Source of the DNA: a virus
Lineage: Duplodnaviria > Caudoviricetes
DNA length: 64,000 nt
Reading direction: 5' to 3' (one strand)
Virus record (IMG/VR): IMGVR_UViG_3300025073_000989
In this document: in pieces, positions 45,774 to 56,969 of the stretch
Layout of the letters: every line of letters begins with the position of its first letter
How positions within the stretch are numbered: position 1 is the stretch's first letter
Translations under genes and position numbers: made by a program
Notes under the pieces: generated by a model
What the model was told of the DNA's origin: nothing
What the model saw: only the letters and a program-made list of their open reading frames with translations
The model's database searches: none

Positions 45774-48700
45774 TTATGGGGTTATTCTATCAAAAATCAA
45801 TGCGTTATAGTTAGAATCTGGATGTAATGCTACTATATAGTGCTCTTCATTATAATCTGTTTCTATTGAAAATATACCACTAGCTGTAGATGATATATCA
45901 GACCCAATTACCTCCCCATTACTTCTTCTATGCAGTCTTATTGGTATTCCTGAAGCTCTTACCCCCTGCTCTTCTACATAGCCCTGACATAAGAATTTAT
46001 TTACAAATTGGTAAGTAGCACTTGTATCAGAATAACCAGAACTAGTTGCTAATACATACCAACCATACGTAGTACCACTTATAGTATCCATATACACTGA
46101 CACAGGTTGCCCGCTTTCTGTTCCTGACACGGTAGACCCTATTTGAGCATTAAAGCTGTCATAAAAATAGGCATCATATACATACTCTGTGTCTGACCCT
46201 GATAATGTAACTGTTAACAACAACTGATGATTTTTACCATATACTGTAGATAAATCATCAGGTACTTGATTAGAAAAATAAAAGAATATATAATAACTAG
46301 TAAAAGTAATCAAATCATCATATACATTGTAATAGTTAGCTTTTATAAAAGCCTCTGTTCTACCTGAAGAAGATATTCTAACCTCTGCCATACTACCTTG
46401 TAATATATCAGATCCTCCATTTTCTTTTCCTATGTACACACTACCTGTTCCTGTAATATTAGTAGTACAAGCAACATTCTCTTGCACAGTGTTATCCCAA
46501 TATATCTTTAAAACCCCTGAACTTCTTACATAGGTAATATGATGCCAAATGTTATTATAATCATCAATGTCAATACCATCATTCGTATCAAAACCAGATG
46601 CCTGAAATCTAAGCTTATGCACACTGGAAAAATCTCCCGCTGAGCAGTGCCAAAAACTATCACCGGCCCCTATAAAAGAAGCCTGTGCAATTCCTGGCCA
46701 TCCAGTTATATTGGCCCAAAAATCTATAGTAAAATCACCTGTACCAAAGTCCCAAGCAGAATTATCTGCAGTAGAAATATAATCATCTGCACCATCAAAG
46801 TTTAAAGCCTTATGTACTGGTCCAGTTACTAAATCACTGCTGTCCATAGAACCGTTTGGAGTACCATGTAGTACTTTAGAAGTAGAGTCCAAGATACAAC
46901 CTGCACCATTTATCGGAGATTGGCTCATGTGATAAACTAATTTAAAATTACTGTCCCACACTCCTTTGGATGCGTTACTTCCAGTATGCCCAACCATACT
47001 ATTTTCATCTTTGTTTGCGCTATACCATAACGTTACCACAGTATCAGTTCCAGAAGAAACAGTTGGAACTCTAGTCCATAGTTGAGCTTTCTGGTTTATA
47101 TAATCCCAGTAATCTATTTCTACTGGTAAACTTGTAGTAGTACCATCTATATCAGTTGATATAGCTATTCTTCTACTATTTACAATGCTGTCATTGGAAT
47201 GGTATTTTGCGCGCGGAGGATCAAAATTACTAGTCCATCTAACAATCCCTTTTGAAATTCTAAATTCAGATAAGTAACCAGCAAGGTAATTTCCAGTATC
47301 ATAAGACGTTCCCAATTTAAATGTATATGAAGCATTATATGGTATGCTATCAGAGTCGTCTCCAGTGCCTATACTTACACCATTTATGTATATAGTAAAG
47401 GTATTAGTACTTCTAGTTATTGCCACATAATACCACACATTAGCTACTGGTGCCCAAGCAGGGCTTATAGTAATACCTGTACCGCCACTCTGGGCAGCAA
47501 ACTTTATAGTATTACTATACCAATAAATTGACCATCCGTCTACATTGGAACTACTACCAGGACCACCAGCAGATGCTATATATTGATATTTAACAGTAGT
47601 AAACCTTATCCAAAAATCTATAGTAAAATTTCCTGTATCAAAAGCATAATCAGCATTAGCTGGCATACTTATATAATCGTTTGAGCCATCAAAATAATAA
47701 CTTTGATCAAATTTTCCAACTGCACTACTTATTGCATTTCCATTTATTGTTATATCTTTATGATTAGCTAAAGTGTCTCCTTCTGGCTGTATTAATAATT
47801 TTGTAGAATAATCATTATTGTAGGCTTTAAACCCATCTGGAATAGAATAAACAAAAGAAGAATCTCCAAGAGTTATCGTTACATTTGACCCACCGTTATA
47901 TAAGGCCGCCATAGGCATAAAATCCCCAGTAATCCCAGTAAACGCTGGATTTACTGCAGTTACTGGATTACCAGAAGCTTGCCATACTCCATTCTTAGCC
48001 CACCAAATTTTTCCATTATCAAGATCCAAAGCACAACCGATTATATCTCCAGTAGTATAAGAAGCGCCATAAGCTGGATAGGTGTTATTGTTTGTTTTTT
48101 GTCCTCCAGAGGCATTATAACCATAACCATAAGCGTCTTTTCCCAACCAATCGCCTAAAGTAGCAGAAATAGTACCAATACCATTAGCACATTCAGTTAT
48201 AATAGAATTTATAGTAGTTTCCCAGTACCACTTACCTCTGTTCCTACTATTTGTGGCCCTTACACAGTGCCAAGCTGTTCCAGCAGCCCTAGTAGCCGTT
48301 AAGTACTCATTTGATAGCGATATTCCACTAGATTTATCTACTTCTGACCAAGTAAGTGCTGGGGTATAAGCTTCTTTAGCATTATAAACAATCGGCGGAG
48401 TAAAACCAGAAGTCCACCTTGCTAATCCTTTTGTAAATCTATAATCTGCCAAGTAGCCATTTATACCACCAGTCCCAGAAGGACTTTGGAACTGCCCGCC
48501 CAAGTAAAAAAGCATAGAAGCATTATAAATATTGCCAGCAGCATTTGTAGTATTTATAAGAACACCGTCTATAAAATAATACCAATCATTTAGTTTTCTA
48601 ACAAAAGCCACGTGATGCCAAACACCAGTAGTCATGTTTGACGAACCGCCAAAATTATATTGATTAAAAATACCCCATGTACTACCATTTGTAGAAGCCC

Positions 48701-49673
48701 AAACATTAAGATTACCAGAAGTGTTAAGAACCAAGCACAAGGGAGACGCGACAGCAGCCCCACCATCTTGGGCATACAAAGAGGCACCAAAACCAGCAGC
48801 GGGCAGACTTGTTAATTTGATCCAAAAATCTATAGTAAAATCATTTGATCCAAAAGTCCAAACATCGTTATCTGGGGCAGTTATATAATCGCCAGTTCCA
48901 TCAAAAGATATAACATATTTAGTACCAGAGGCTGTTGCATCATACACTATTTTTGGATTACCATTAAACGTCAATGGATGTTTATATGTTGAAATATCCC
49001 CGATTGGATGCAATAAGAGTTTGGTATACGAATCAGGAGTAGAAATATCAGCCAGCTCTGTAAAAATATCAGTAGCATCAAAACCAGTTATACCAGTACC
49101 AGAACTTAAAGTTACTGACAATGGAAAATCTGTAATATCCGCATCTATTTTTGTATGATCTATTGTTAAATTAAAATAATTATCCCAGCCAGAAGAATCA
49201 AAATTAGAATAAATTATATTTTCAAAAGCAGCATCAGCCCCCCAATTTGCCTTATTGGACTGAGAATCTAAAATTATCTCTTCGCCGGAAAAACTACCAG
49301 TACTAGATCCCTCCAAAGTCCAGGCTTTAGGACAAACGTTGTGGTTTGTAGAATATATCTTATAATAATTTACCGATTTAGCAACACCAAGATCTATTTT
49401 TATCCAAGCAGCAGCGCTTGGGTTGGTATTCCACCCCATACCGCTTACCGGAGACGATCCTATATAGCTGTCAAAAGCAAAGTATTTTCTCCAATTACTA
49501 TCACCTTCATTTGAAACACTGGCGGAAACCACATACGGAGATGGAGAACTATCACCGGTCATATTGCTAGGAGATACAAGAGTATCTCCGTCATATAGTT
49601 GAATTTGACCTATATAACTCCAACCAGTAGCATTTGCTTCTGTTATGTTTAGCCTATAATATCTAAAAGACAT
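45774..49673 (-). CDS. Modular tail-fibre/adhesin: discoidin (F5/8C) - DUF2341-like - LamG - SPRY - LamG - LamG - terminal module
   Basis: FDG..DY...D...FG..DFTIDFW repeats; GKWYWE..I...GIG..GD.IG.ALDLD.GKIW..KNG.W (SPRY). Confidence 0.75.
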   Translation of the reverse strand: MSFRYYRLNITEANATGWSYIGQIQLYDGDTLVSPSNMTGDSSPSPYVVSASVSNEGDSNWRKYFAFDSYIGSSPVSGMGWNTNPSAAAWIKIDLGVAKSVNYYKIYSTNHNVCPKAWTLEGSSTGSFSGEEIILDSQSNKANWGADAAFENIIYSNFDSSGWDNYFNLTIDHTKIDADITDFPLSVTLSSGTGITGFDATDIFTELADISTPDSYTKLLLHPIGDISTYKHPLTFNGNPKIVYDATASGTKYVISFDGTGDYITAPDNDVWTFGSNDFTIDFWIKLTSLPAAGFGASLYAQDGGAAVASPLCLVLNTSGNLNVWASTNGSTWGIFNQYNFGGSSNMTTGVWHHVAFVRKLNDWYYFIDGVLINTTNAAGNIYNASMLFYLGGQFQSPSGTGGINGYLADYRFTKGLARWTSGFTPPIVYNAKEAYTPALTWSEVDKSSGISLSNEYLTATRAAGTAWHCVRATNSRNRGKWYWETTINSIITECANGIGTISATLGDWLGKDAYGYGYNASGGQKTNNNTYPAYGASYTTGDIIGCALDLDNGKIWWAKNGVWQASGNPVTAVNPAFTGITGDFMPMAALYNGGSNVTITLGDSSFVYSIPDGFKAYNNDYSTKLLIQPEGDTLANHKDITINGNAISSAVGKFDQSYYFDGSNDYISMPANADYAFDTGNFTIDFWIRFTTVKYQYIASAGGPGSSSNVDGWSIYWYSNTIKFAAQSGGTGITISPAWAPVANVWYYVAITRSTNTFTIYINGVSIGTGDDSDSIPYNASYTFKLGTSYDTGNYLAGYLSEFRISKGIVRWTSNFDPPRAKYHSNDSIVNSRRIAISTDIDGTTTSLPVEIDYWDYINQKAQLWTRVPTVSSGTDTVVTLWYSANKDENSMVGHTGSNASKGVWDSNFKLVYHMSQSPINGAGCILDSTSKVLHGTPNGSMDSSDLVTGPVHKALNFDGADDYISTADNSAWDFGTGDFTIDFWANITGWPGIAQASFIGAGDSFWHCSAGDFSSVHKLRFQASGFDTNDGIDIDDYNNIWHHITYVRSSGVLKIYWDNTVQENVACTTNITGTGSVYIGKENGGSDILQGSMAEVRISSSGRTEAFIKANYYNVYDDLITFTSYYIFFYFSNQVPDDLSTVYGKNHQLLLTVTLSGSDTEYVYDAYFYDSFNAQIGSTVSGTESGQPVSVYMDTISGTTYGWYVLATSSGYSDTSATYQFVNKFLCQGYVEEQGVRASGIPIRLHRRSNGEVIGSDISSTASGIFSIETDYNEEHYIVALHPDSNYNALIFDRITP

Positions 49674-49683
49674 AACTTATCTC

Positions 49684-49974
49684 CTATACCACATTAATAT
49701 CTACAACAGCATTATTCATAAGCTTATCTCCTGAGCGGCCTGACTTGTCTTTTGAATACCAATCGTATACAGAATAGTTAGCCAAATTTATTACATTCAT
49801 TGTGTTATCATCTGCTACTACATATAAATAATAGTCATCGGACCAAATAGAATTAAAAACATCAGAATTACCGTTGAGAATATATAAATAAGTACCTAAT
49901 AACTCTTCACCAAAATTAAAATTGAATGGTGATGCTGAAATATAACCAGTATGTTCAAAGTTAAAATTATACAT
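49684..49974 (-). CDS. Small structural-module protein
   Basis: N-terminal FNF..GY....FNFNF similar to the start of 43485..45761. Confidence 0.55.
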   Translation of the reverse strand: MYNFNFEHTGYISASPFNFNFGEELLGTYLYILNGNSDVFNSIWSDDYYLYVVADDNTMNVINLANYSVYDWYSKDKSGRSGDKLMNNAVVDINVV

Positions 49975-49993
49975 TTTTATAATTTCTCATTGA

Positions 49994-51076
49994 TTACTGT
50001 AAACCCCCATGACTAGAAGACGTTGCAAAATAACCGTAACCAGCTACAAGTAAGTCACCAAAGTCAGTTGCATTACCAGTAACTACTATAGTAACATAAT
50101 CTATTACATTAGATGCACTACCAGCATAACCACCGCCAAAAACTGCTCTAGTAGAATTACATGTAGAACCTAAAGCATATCTATTAACAGTTTGATCACC
50201 AAAATCAGTCGCATTACCGGTAGATGCTATAGTAACATAGTCTAAAACATTACTAGCACAAAAAATACCCCTTGTTGAATTACTTGCTGCAGATATTTCA
50301 CTTCTAGAAACAGTCAAGTCACCAAAATCTGTGGCATTTCCTGTACTAGCAATAGTAATATAATCAATTACATTAGAGCCATTTCCCCCACCAACCAAAC
50401 CTCTGGTTGGAGAACTACATGCAGAATTATAAGATCTAGCAACAGTCATGTCACCAAAATCTGTGGCATTTCCTACAGACGCTATAGTAACATAATCAAT
50501 TACATTACCACTACCACAAAAAAGACCTCTAGTAGAAGAACCACAACCAGCCAACCCATGTCTAGCTACTGTTAAATCGCCAAAGTCTGTGGCATTGCCT
50601 ATCGTGTCTATAGTAACATAGTCTATAATATTTGTAGAGCTTCCTCCATTTCCTCCGCCAAAAACTGCTCTAGTGCTTGATGATGTGGCAGAACCATAAT
50701 ATCTAGCTGCTGTTAAATCCCCAAAATCTATAGAATTACCTAAAATTTCTACCTCTAAATAACTTATGACATTACTACTCCATAAATTGCCGGCAAACAA
50801 AGCCCTAGTATTATTTACCTCGTACCAAGACATCTCAGGAAAAACGTTTCCTAAAATTAAATCATTATAACTATCCCCACCAGAAGGATCTAAACAGGCT
50901 ATATAATGAGATCCGGTATAGGTGGTTTCCATATAATAATAACCACCGGCACCAGAAGAAGTGGCAGTGTTGAGCAGCTCACCATTAGATCTATTATGCA
51001 GATACAGTGTTGCAGTCGTAGGAACATCTTTTGTTTTAACATACCCATCAAAATAATATGTATAAAAAATAGTCAT
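49994..51076 (-). CDS. Beta-propeller-like repeat protein (six repeats of about 43 aa) with N-terminal shared module
   Basis: VIDYVTIAS.GNATDFGDLTVAR repeats. Confidence 0.75.
   Translation of the reverse strand: MTIFYTYYFDGYVKTKDVPTTATLYLHNRSNGELLNTATSSGAGGYYYMETTYTGSHYIACLDPSGGDSYNDLILGNVFPEMSWYEVNNTRALFAGNLWSSNVISYLEVEILGNSIDFGDLTAARYYGSATSSSTRAVFGGGNGGSSTNIIDYVTIDTIGNATDFGDLTVARHGLAGCGSSTRGLFCGSGNVIDYVTIASVGNATDFGDMTVARSYNSACSSPTRGLVGGGNGSNVIDYITIASTGNATDFGDLTVSRSEISAASNSTRGIFCASNVLDYVTIASTGNATDFGDQTVNRYALGSTCNSTRAVFGGGYAGSASNVIDYVTIVVTGNATDFGDLLVAGYGYFATSSSHGGLQ
50061..50780 (-). repeat. Intragenic tandem repeats, about 126-135 bp period, 6 copies
   Basis: Recurring gtcaccaaaatctgtggcatt...atagtaacataatc on the + strand. 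Confidence 0.8.
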
Positions 51077-51084
51077 AATACGCC

Positions 51085-51771
51085 TTATGTTTTTAATTTT
51101 AACACTATAAAACTGTTATCTTCTTCGTTTATTATATAAACACCGCTAGTAGTAGCAAGAAATAAACTATTACCAGAAGTATTTTCAATTACATATATGT
51201 CATTAATTTTAATTCCGGACTGTAAAATTCCAGACCCAGTTATATATTTTTTATCAGGAATGCTCCAGTCGTGTGTATTTTTAACTTTATCTAATTCCCA
51301 CCCGCCGGCGCCGGAGAATGTATAATATAAACTACCGTTGGTTATAAAGCATTTTTCTATATATTCGGTTCCAGAAACAACAAAAGACGACCTATAAGAT
51401 TGAGGATCAAACTTAATTATATCCATACCAGTACCAGAAGTTGACACTGAACTTAAAAATGTATCATTGGCGTGTAAATAATTTATACTATTCCCTACTA
51501 TATATGGGTAAGTTAAATAATCATTCAAACAACTAACTAAATCATATGGATTATCTGTACTACCGCTTACACAGGCTTTACTTAAGCTCTTAATACCACT
51601 AGAAGTAGTACCTAAATATACATAAGTTCCATTTCCTGCTACAGTAGTAAAACCACCCACATAATTAATATAAGCATATAACGCTTCCGATGTAATGTCA
51701 TAAACATATAGCCCTTTATCGTGTGCGGCATAAGCAAACACACCATCTGAATACAGTTGATAAAACGACAT
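51085..51771 (-). CDS. Putative beta-propeller structural protein
   Basis: VYLGTT.SG / LFLATTSGVY blade motifs. Confidence 0.55.
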   Translation of the reverse strand: MSFYQLYSDGVFAYAAHDKGLYVYDITSEALYAYINYVGGFTTVAGNGTYVYLGTTSSGIKSLSKACVSGSTDNPYDLVSCLNDYLTYPYIVGNSINYLHANDTFLSSVSTSGTGMDIIKFDPQSYRSSFVVSGTEYIEKCFITNGSLYYTFSGAGGWELDKVKNTHDWSIPDKKYITGSGILQSGIKINDIYVIENTSGNSLFLATTSGVYIINEEDNSFIVLKLKT

Positions 51772-51774
51772 TGG

Positions 51775-53631
51775 TTACACCGGTTTTATTTGGTCATAAC
51801 TTAGTATATTATACCCATCACCTATTTCAGGCATAATATTTATAAAATAATATACATCGGAGCTTGAAGTAAATTCAAAGTGGCCAGTTCCTGAGTTAGA
51901 TATTAAAGTATCATAAAGTTCCCCGGTATCTCTTTTATACACATAAACAGTTCTTGCTACAGACTGGCCAGCCAACTTTACCTCACCACCAAAAACAAAA
52001 GCAGGTTTTACCTCAGTGGTAGAAAAATTAACTAAAGTACTCAGAGATAGCTCGGTTACTATTTTACTATAGCTGCTATACATTCCTTTTGCGATTCTAA
52101 TACCTGATATACTTCCTGGCAGGTAACCGCCGCTTTCCATATCTCTTGCTATATATAAATTAGCAGAATTTAAAATATCAACAGAACCAGAATGTGTACC
52201 ATTATATACGCCATTAATGTATATTTTAGTTACTCCACCATTCCTGTATGCAGTAAAGTAATACCAAGTATTTGTTAAAATAGTAGGAAAAGTTGTAGTT
52301 ATAATAATTGCTGCCCCATTTCCAGCAATAAAACGAATGGTGCCGTTAGAGAATAGCTCTATATCAAAAGCCACAGCACCTGTCCAAGCAGAATATTTGG
52401 CTAATAGAGTTCTAGTAGCAAGTGTTGTCACTTTAAACCAAAAATTTATAGTAAAATCACTAGTTCCAAAATCAAAAACAGTATTATGAGGAATAATTAT
52501 ATGATCATTACTGCCATCAAAATCTATGGCTTTTCCTATGTTTCCTTCAACCAGATCACTGGCGGTCATTGAACCATAGGTAGTACCATTTAAAGTATTA
52601 GAAGTTGAATCTAATATGCAATTTGTTCCGCCAGAGGGATCTTGGGCCATATGATAAACCGCAGAATAACCTGACCATACATTTTGAGCCGCGGAAGAAC
52701 CTGTTTCTCCTATATAAGTTGTATTGTCTGCTGCTGTATTATCGTAGTATAAATACAAGTTAGAATTTATACCTGAAGAAAGTGCTGGGATTTTAGCCCA
52801 AAGATATGCTACCTCATTAATAGAATCCCAACTTTCTATCTCTGTATAGCACTGATTACTGTTTGAATCATATATAGCTATCTTTTGTTTATTATGTGTA
52901 ATGGTAATTTCATACAACCCGGCATTGAACCCACTGGGTACTGAATAAGAAAACTCTGATGCTCCAAAATTTGCAGTAAATGTTGAATCATAATATGCAG
53001 CTACATGTGCAAAAACACCCCCACTAATATCTGTATCAGTAAATAACGGATTAGTTCCATTTGCTGGATCGCCTGAAGCAAGCCAAGTACCATTCTTCGC
53101 AATCCAAAACTTGCCGGCATCTGCATCAAAAGCTATGGAGATTGTATCAGTAGTTGCAAAATAAGTCCCTATTTCAGTAAAAGAATTAGCATGAACTTTT
53201 CTACCATTACTTCCGCCACCAACATAGTAGCCCCAACCATTTGTGTCATATCCAACATACCAAGTAAATGGGGCAGCAGCTTTGGAAATACCCCAACCAG
53301 CCTCAATAGTACCAGTGCGAACAAATTCAAAATACCACTTTCCTGTAGTTTTACTAATTGTAGATCTTACACCCCCATAACCGGTTGTAGAAAAAGTAGC
53401 TATTAAATCTCCACCAGATAATGCAACATCCGCTGTTTTATCAGATATATTCCATGTGGCATAAGAAATACTACCACTGATTAATAACTCCTCAAATAAA
53501 TCATCATAATTAGTACCAGATAAAGTAACTAATGCTGGAAAATTAGTTAAATCCTCTCCAACTAAATCTCCGTTAATAGTATTAATTATTCTTTTATTAT
53601 AATCATCATTATGCCAAATGTAATTCACCAT
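51775..53631 (-). CDS. Modular tail/adhesin: DUF2341-like with inserted SPRY - LamG - terminal module
   Basis: GKWYFE, SPRY core, AVYHM.Q, FDGSND, FG..DFTINFW. Confidence 0.72.
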   Translation of the reverse strand: MVNYIWHNDDYNKRIINTINGDLVGEDLTNFPALVTLSGTNYDDLFEELLISGSISYATWNISDKTADVALSGGDLIATFSTTGYGGVRSTISKTTGKWYFEFVRTGTIEAGWGISKAAAPFTWYVGYDTNGWGYYVGGGSNGRKVHANSFTEIGTYFATTDTISIAFDADAGKFWIAKNGTWLASGDPANGTNPLFTDTDISGGVFAHVAAYYDSTFTANFGASEFSYSVPSGFNAGLYEITITHNKQKIAIYDSNSNQCYTEIESWDSINEVAYLWAKIPALSSGINSNLYLYYDNTAADNTTYIGETGSSAAQNVWSGYSAVYHMAQDPSGGTNCILDSTSNTLNGTTYGSMTASDLVEGNIGKAIDFDGSNDHIIIPHNTVFDFGTSDFTINFWFKVTTLATRTLLAKYSAWTGAVAFDIELFSNGTIRFIAGNGAAIIITTTFPTILTNTWYYFTAYRNGGVTKIYINGVYNGTHSGSVDILNSANLYIARDMESGGYLPGSISGIRIAKGMYSSYSKIVTELSLSTLVNFSTTEVKPAFVFGGEVKLAGQSVARTVYVYKRDTGELYDTLISNSGTGHFEFTSSSDVYYFINIMPEIGDGYNILSYDQIKPV

Positions 53632-53633
53632 AA

Positions 53634-56600
53634 TTATTCTTCAAGCCCCCACCAACACTTAATATTAGTTTCAAAAATAGCTGAGTTTTCCTCAACAGGA
53701 CCAAAAAGCCCACCAAAACCCGTTGGTGGTTCGTAAGCATACTCCGTAGCTCCAAAATTCAATGTAACACTGTCATTAGTATAGAAAGAACCCCAAACAA
53801 TATAGTAAGGTCCTACTTTTATATCATTAAAATAATTAGTAGTATTTACTCCAGTACTCGGATCACCACCATCAAACCAAACACCGTTTCTACCAAACCA
53901 AAGCTTTTTATTACCAACATCTACAGCTAGCATAATCACATCACTGTTGATTAGTGTTTTATCTCCATATAAAAACGTATAACCACCATAAAATCCACCA
54001 GGTGGATTACTGTATCCAAAATTACCTGAAAAATAACTATAACTTAAACCTGCAGCATCCCTACCCAAAGTAGTATTAAAATTAAAAGCGTCTTTTGCTA
54101 TTCCAAAATACTGCTCATTGTAATTATAAGAACCACGACTGCTTGTATTATTTATGATAAATTCCACATAGTATTTACCGGTATTATTAGTCATTATTGT
54201 ACTTCTTATATAACCATATGTATAATAATCGGGAATAGTAAATGTAGTAGTTAATTTATCTGTCCCCAAGACCATATATGTGTTTTTATTCACATCACTT
54301 AAAACTGAGTAACCAGATAAATCTGATATATCACTTGGTAGATTAGATTGTATGTAAACATTACTACTTGTTTGTGGTACTATATCTTGTATTTTTATTA
54401 TTGGTGGAATTAGTATTTTATTAAGTACAGGCACATTGTTATTGTCTGATCTTAGGGTAACTCTTGTTTGGTGGTATCGTTTATACGGTAAAAAATATTC
54501 ACTTCTTTTAACTACATCCCAACCCAACGAGCCAGATATTCCCCACACCGAATCAGTAGATAGTGGTAATTTTATCCCAGTATTTTGATTTTCTAGGTGG
54601 TTTGTTGTATTAAAAAAGAATATATCAGGAGGAGCATGATTACCAGTAACAGTTAAATCTAACACAGTATTGCCAGAAAACTTATTTATAACTTTAATGT
54701 AGTTATATGCTTTACTATATACCACCACATTATCAGTTGAAGATGTTATTCTATATGCCCCAACAATGGGTTTCGATAACACAACAGTTCCTAAACTGTC
54801 CACTCTATACAAAGTAGTTGAATTTATTCCCCAAAATCCATCATAATTATCACTACATAATCTATTTATAGCTACTCCTAAATTAGTAGATAAAATTAAA
54901 TTACCATCCGAAGCATACTTGTTTGCTAGCATGGTATAGTTATCAACAACCCAACATCCATTGTCTATTGTTCCGCACAGCGCTCTAGGAGTGTTTAGAC
55001 TAATAGAGCTTAATGTAGCCCCAGTACTACTAAGATGCATCAGCCTGTTAGTTATTTTGTCTGTATACCAAACACCAGTACCATTTAATTCACTTGCCAA
55101 ATCATAAATCGTGTCAGCAGAAAAAACTAATTTATATTTTTCTGACATAACACTACTAAAATGTAAAAGGGTTATACAGTTATTTGCAGTACCAACCCCA
55201 TATGCCCAAAGACCCCCGTAACTATCAAAATCCATCTTAACATCAAAACTATAATATGTTTTAGTAGTAATGGTATATGCTACTTGTGTACCGCTTCTGT
55301 TGTAAACATAGATATACCCATTATACGGAGAGGCTCCGTGGTAATTAATAGCAATTCTTCCTCTTTTATTATCTATTGCAGTATAATTTCTATATGTACT
55401 ATTTGGAACACTTGTTTTCCAAGAAGTAGTAACTACACCGCTAGAAATATCAGCTTTTAGTATTTTATCATCATAATACATATAAAGCTCTTCTACTCCA
55501 ACGGGGGAAATATCGCTACTTCTAACTTCTATATCCTCCGACTCTCCTGAATAACTAATTGAAGTACCACTTGCGGTTATACCGTCAACTACTAGATACC
55601 CTAAAGATGAATTACTAGAAGAAAGTACTGGAGATGTGTAAGTTCCAGAAATTACTGGTATATTAATTGGACTGAATCCACTTGGCGGTGAATAACTAAA
55701 ACTACTTGTAGTGCCTTTAAGTCTTAACAAACTATACCCGTGCAAGGCCGTGCACAATACATAATATTCAGTGAATGCTATAGAACTATACGCCGGGTTT
55801 GTACCAGCAGAAGGATCGCCAGAAGCTTGCCAAACACCGTTCTTAGAAAACCAAAGCTTACCACTATCTGTATCAATTGCGCATCCTATTATATTACCAG
55901 TTGTATATGAATTGCCATAACTTGTAGCTGCCGCATTATAATATTTATTACCATTAGTATAATACCCATAACTATTTGTAGTTTTACCAGCATAATTATC
56001 GTATACTATTCTAGATGAAGCGTTTCCTATTCCTATAAATATACCATTATCATAATTAAGTATAACCTCAATCTCAAAATAATATTTTCCTGACCCTGAT
56101 AATTTTTTTCCACGCGTATATGAACTACAATAAACGTTATTAGCTCTAGTAACAGACACAAAAGTAACACCGTCACTTGCTATATCTATATACCCCGCAT
56201 TTATCTCCTCAAAAGTAAAATCATAATCTATAGCGCCCAAAATTACACCATTGTTTGTTATCGAATAATTAGTTTTATCATATGCTCCAAGATCCCATGT
56301 ATATTTCATATCACCATAATTACTATCTATAATAACACCATCGTCTAAACCGTAAAAAGGCCCACCAAAAGAAGAAGACAATTTTACATATCCTTCTAAG
56401 CCTATATCATTATAATCAATTGACACATAAGCATTAACTGCACTAGTTCCTATAATATTATTATTAAATATTTTTATTGAATCTACTACTCCTTGTTCTA
56501 TCATCTTATAAGCATCAGTTCCATCTATACCAAAATTTACTATACTGTCATCATTATTAATTACAACCTCATAAATAGTACAACTTATATTCTCTACAGT

Positions 56601-56969
56601 AATTAATATATACCTTGGGGAAAAATTATCTGGAATTATATCTACATAATAATAATCAGTAACTGAGTTTTTATGGCACGTAATATATGTTCCTGATGTT
56701 GTATTTTTATAGTAGAAATTAACACTGCTTAACACCTGTTCCTCAGTCCCACTACTGCTTATATGAATACCAACACTATCTAAAAGTATCCTATTTGACA
56801 TATCTAATTGTAGGTATAAAACATCAGTATTTATTATATTTACACCAGAAATACCAGTATCGACATCATACAAAAGGCTTAATTCACCAAAAGTAAGTTG
56901 TTTATTTCCAGTACCTGACGAGGTAATAGATGAAAAAATACCTTGGTTTATTAAATTATAATTAACCAC
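53634..56969 (-). CDS. Large putative baseplate/tail protein with two SPRY domains and a beta-propeller (G.W...) region
   Basis: GKYYFE/GKYYVE SPRY motifs; DG.GVW, NGCW, DGFW blades. Confidence 0.68.
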   Translation of the reverse strand: MVNYNLINQGIFSSITSSGTGNKQLTFGELSLLYDVDTGISGVNIINTDVLYLQLDMSNRILLDSVGIHISSSGTEEQVLSSVNFYYKNTTSGTYITCHKNSVTDYYYVDIIPDNFSPRYILITVENISCTIYEVVINNDDSIVNFGIDGTDAYKMIEQGVVDSIKIFNNNIIGTSAVNAYVSIDYNDIGLEGYVKLSSSFGGPFYGLDDGVIIDSNYGDMKYTWDLGAYDKTNYSITNNGVILGAIDYDFTFEEINAGYIDIASDGVTFVSVTRANNVYCSSYTRGKKLSGSGKYYFEIEVILNYDNGIFIGIGNASSRIVYDNYAGKTTNSYGYYTNGNKYYNAAATSYGNSYTTGNIIGCAIDTDSGKLWFSKNGVWQASGDPSAGTNPAYSSIAFTEYYVLCTALHGYSLLRLKGTTSSFSYSPPSGFSPINIPVISGTYTSPVLSSSNSSLGYLVVDGITASGTSISYSGESEDIEVRSSDISPVGVEELYMYYDDKILKADISSGVVTTSWKTSVPNSTYRNYTAIDNKRGRIAINYHGASPYNGYIYVYNRSGTQVAYTITTKTYYSFDVKMDFDSYGGLWAYGVGTANNCITLLHFSSVMSEKYKLVFSADTIYDLASELNGTGVWYTDKITNRLMHLSSTGATLSSISLNTPRALCGTIDNGCWVVDNYTMLANKYASDGNLILSTNLGVAINRLCSDNYDGFWGINSTTLYRVDSLGTVVLSKPIVGAYRITSSTDNVVVYSKAYNYIKVINKFSGNTVLDLTVTGNHAPPDIFFFNTTNHLENQNTGIKLPLSTDSVWGISGSLGWDVVKRSEYFLPYKRYHQTRVTLRSDNNNVPVLNKILIPPIIKIQDIVPQTSSNVYIQSNLPSDISDLSGYSVLSDVNKNTYMVLGTDKLTTTFTIPDYYTYGYIRSTIMTNNTGKYYVEFIINNTSSRGSYNYNEQYFGIAKDAFNFNTTLGRDAAGLSYSYFSGNFGYSNPPGGFYGGYTFLYGDKTLINSDVIMLAVDVGNKKLWFGRNGVWFDGGDPSTGVNTTNYFNDIKVGPYYIVWGSFYTNDSVTLNFGATEYAYEPPTGFGGLFGPVEENSAIFETNIKCWWGLEE

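Noticed and set aside
50061-50780. Periodic repeats as a CRISPR array or DGR template/variable pair
   Set aside because: The repeats are degenerate, in-frame and encode propeller blades; there are no unique spacers, no adenine-specific divergence and no reverse transcriptase in the window.
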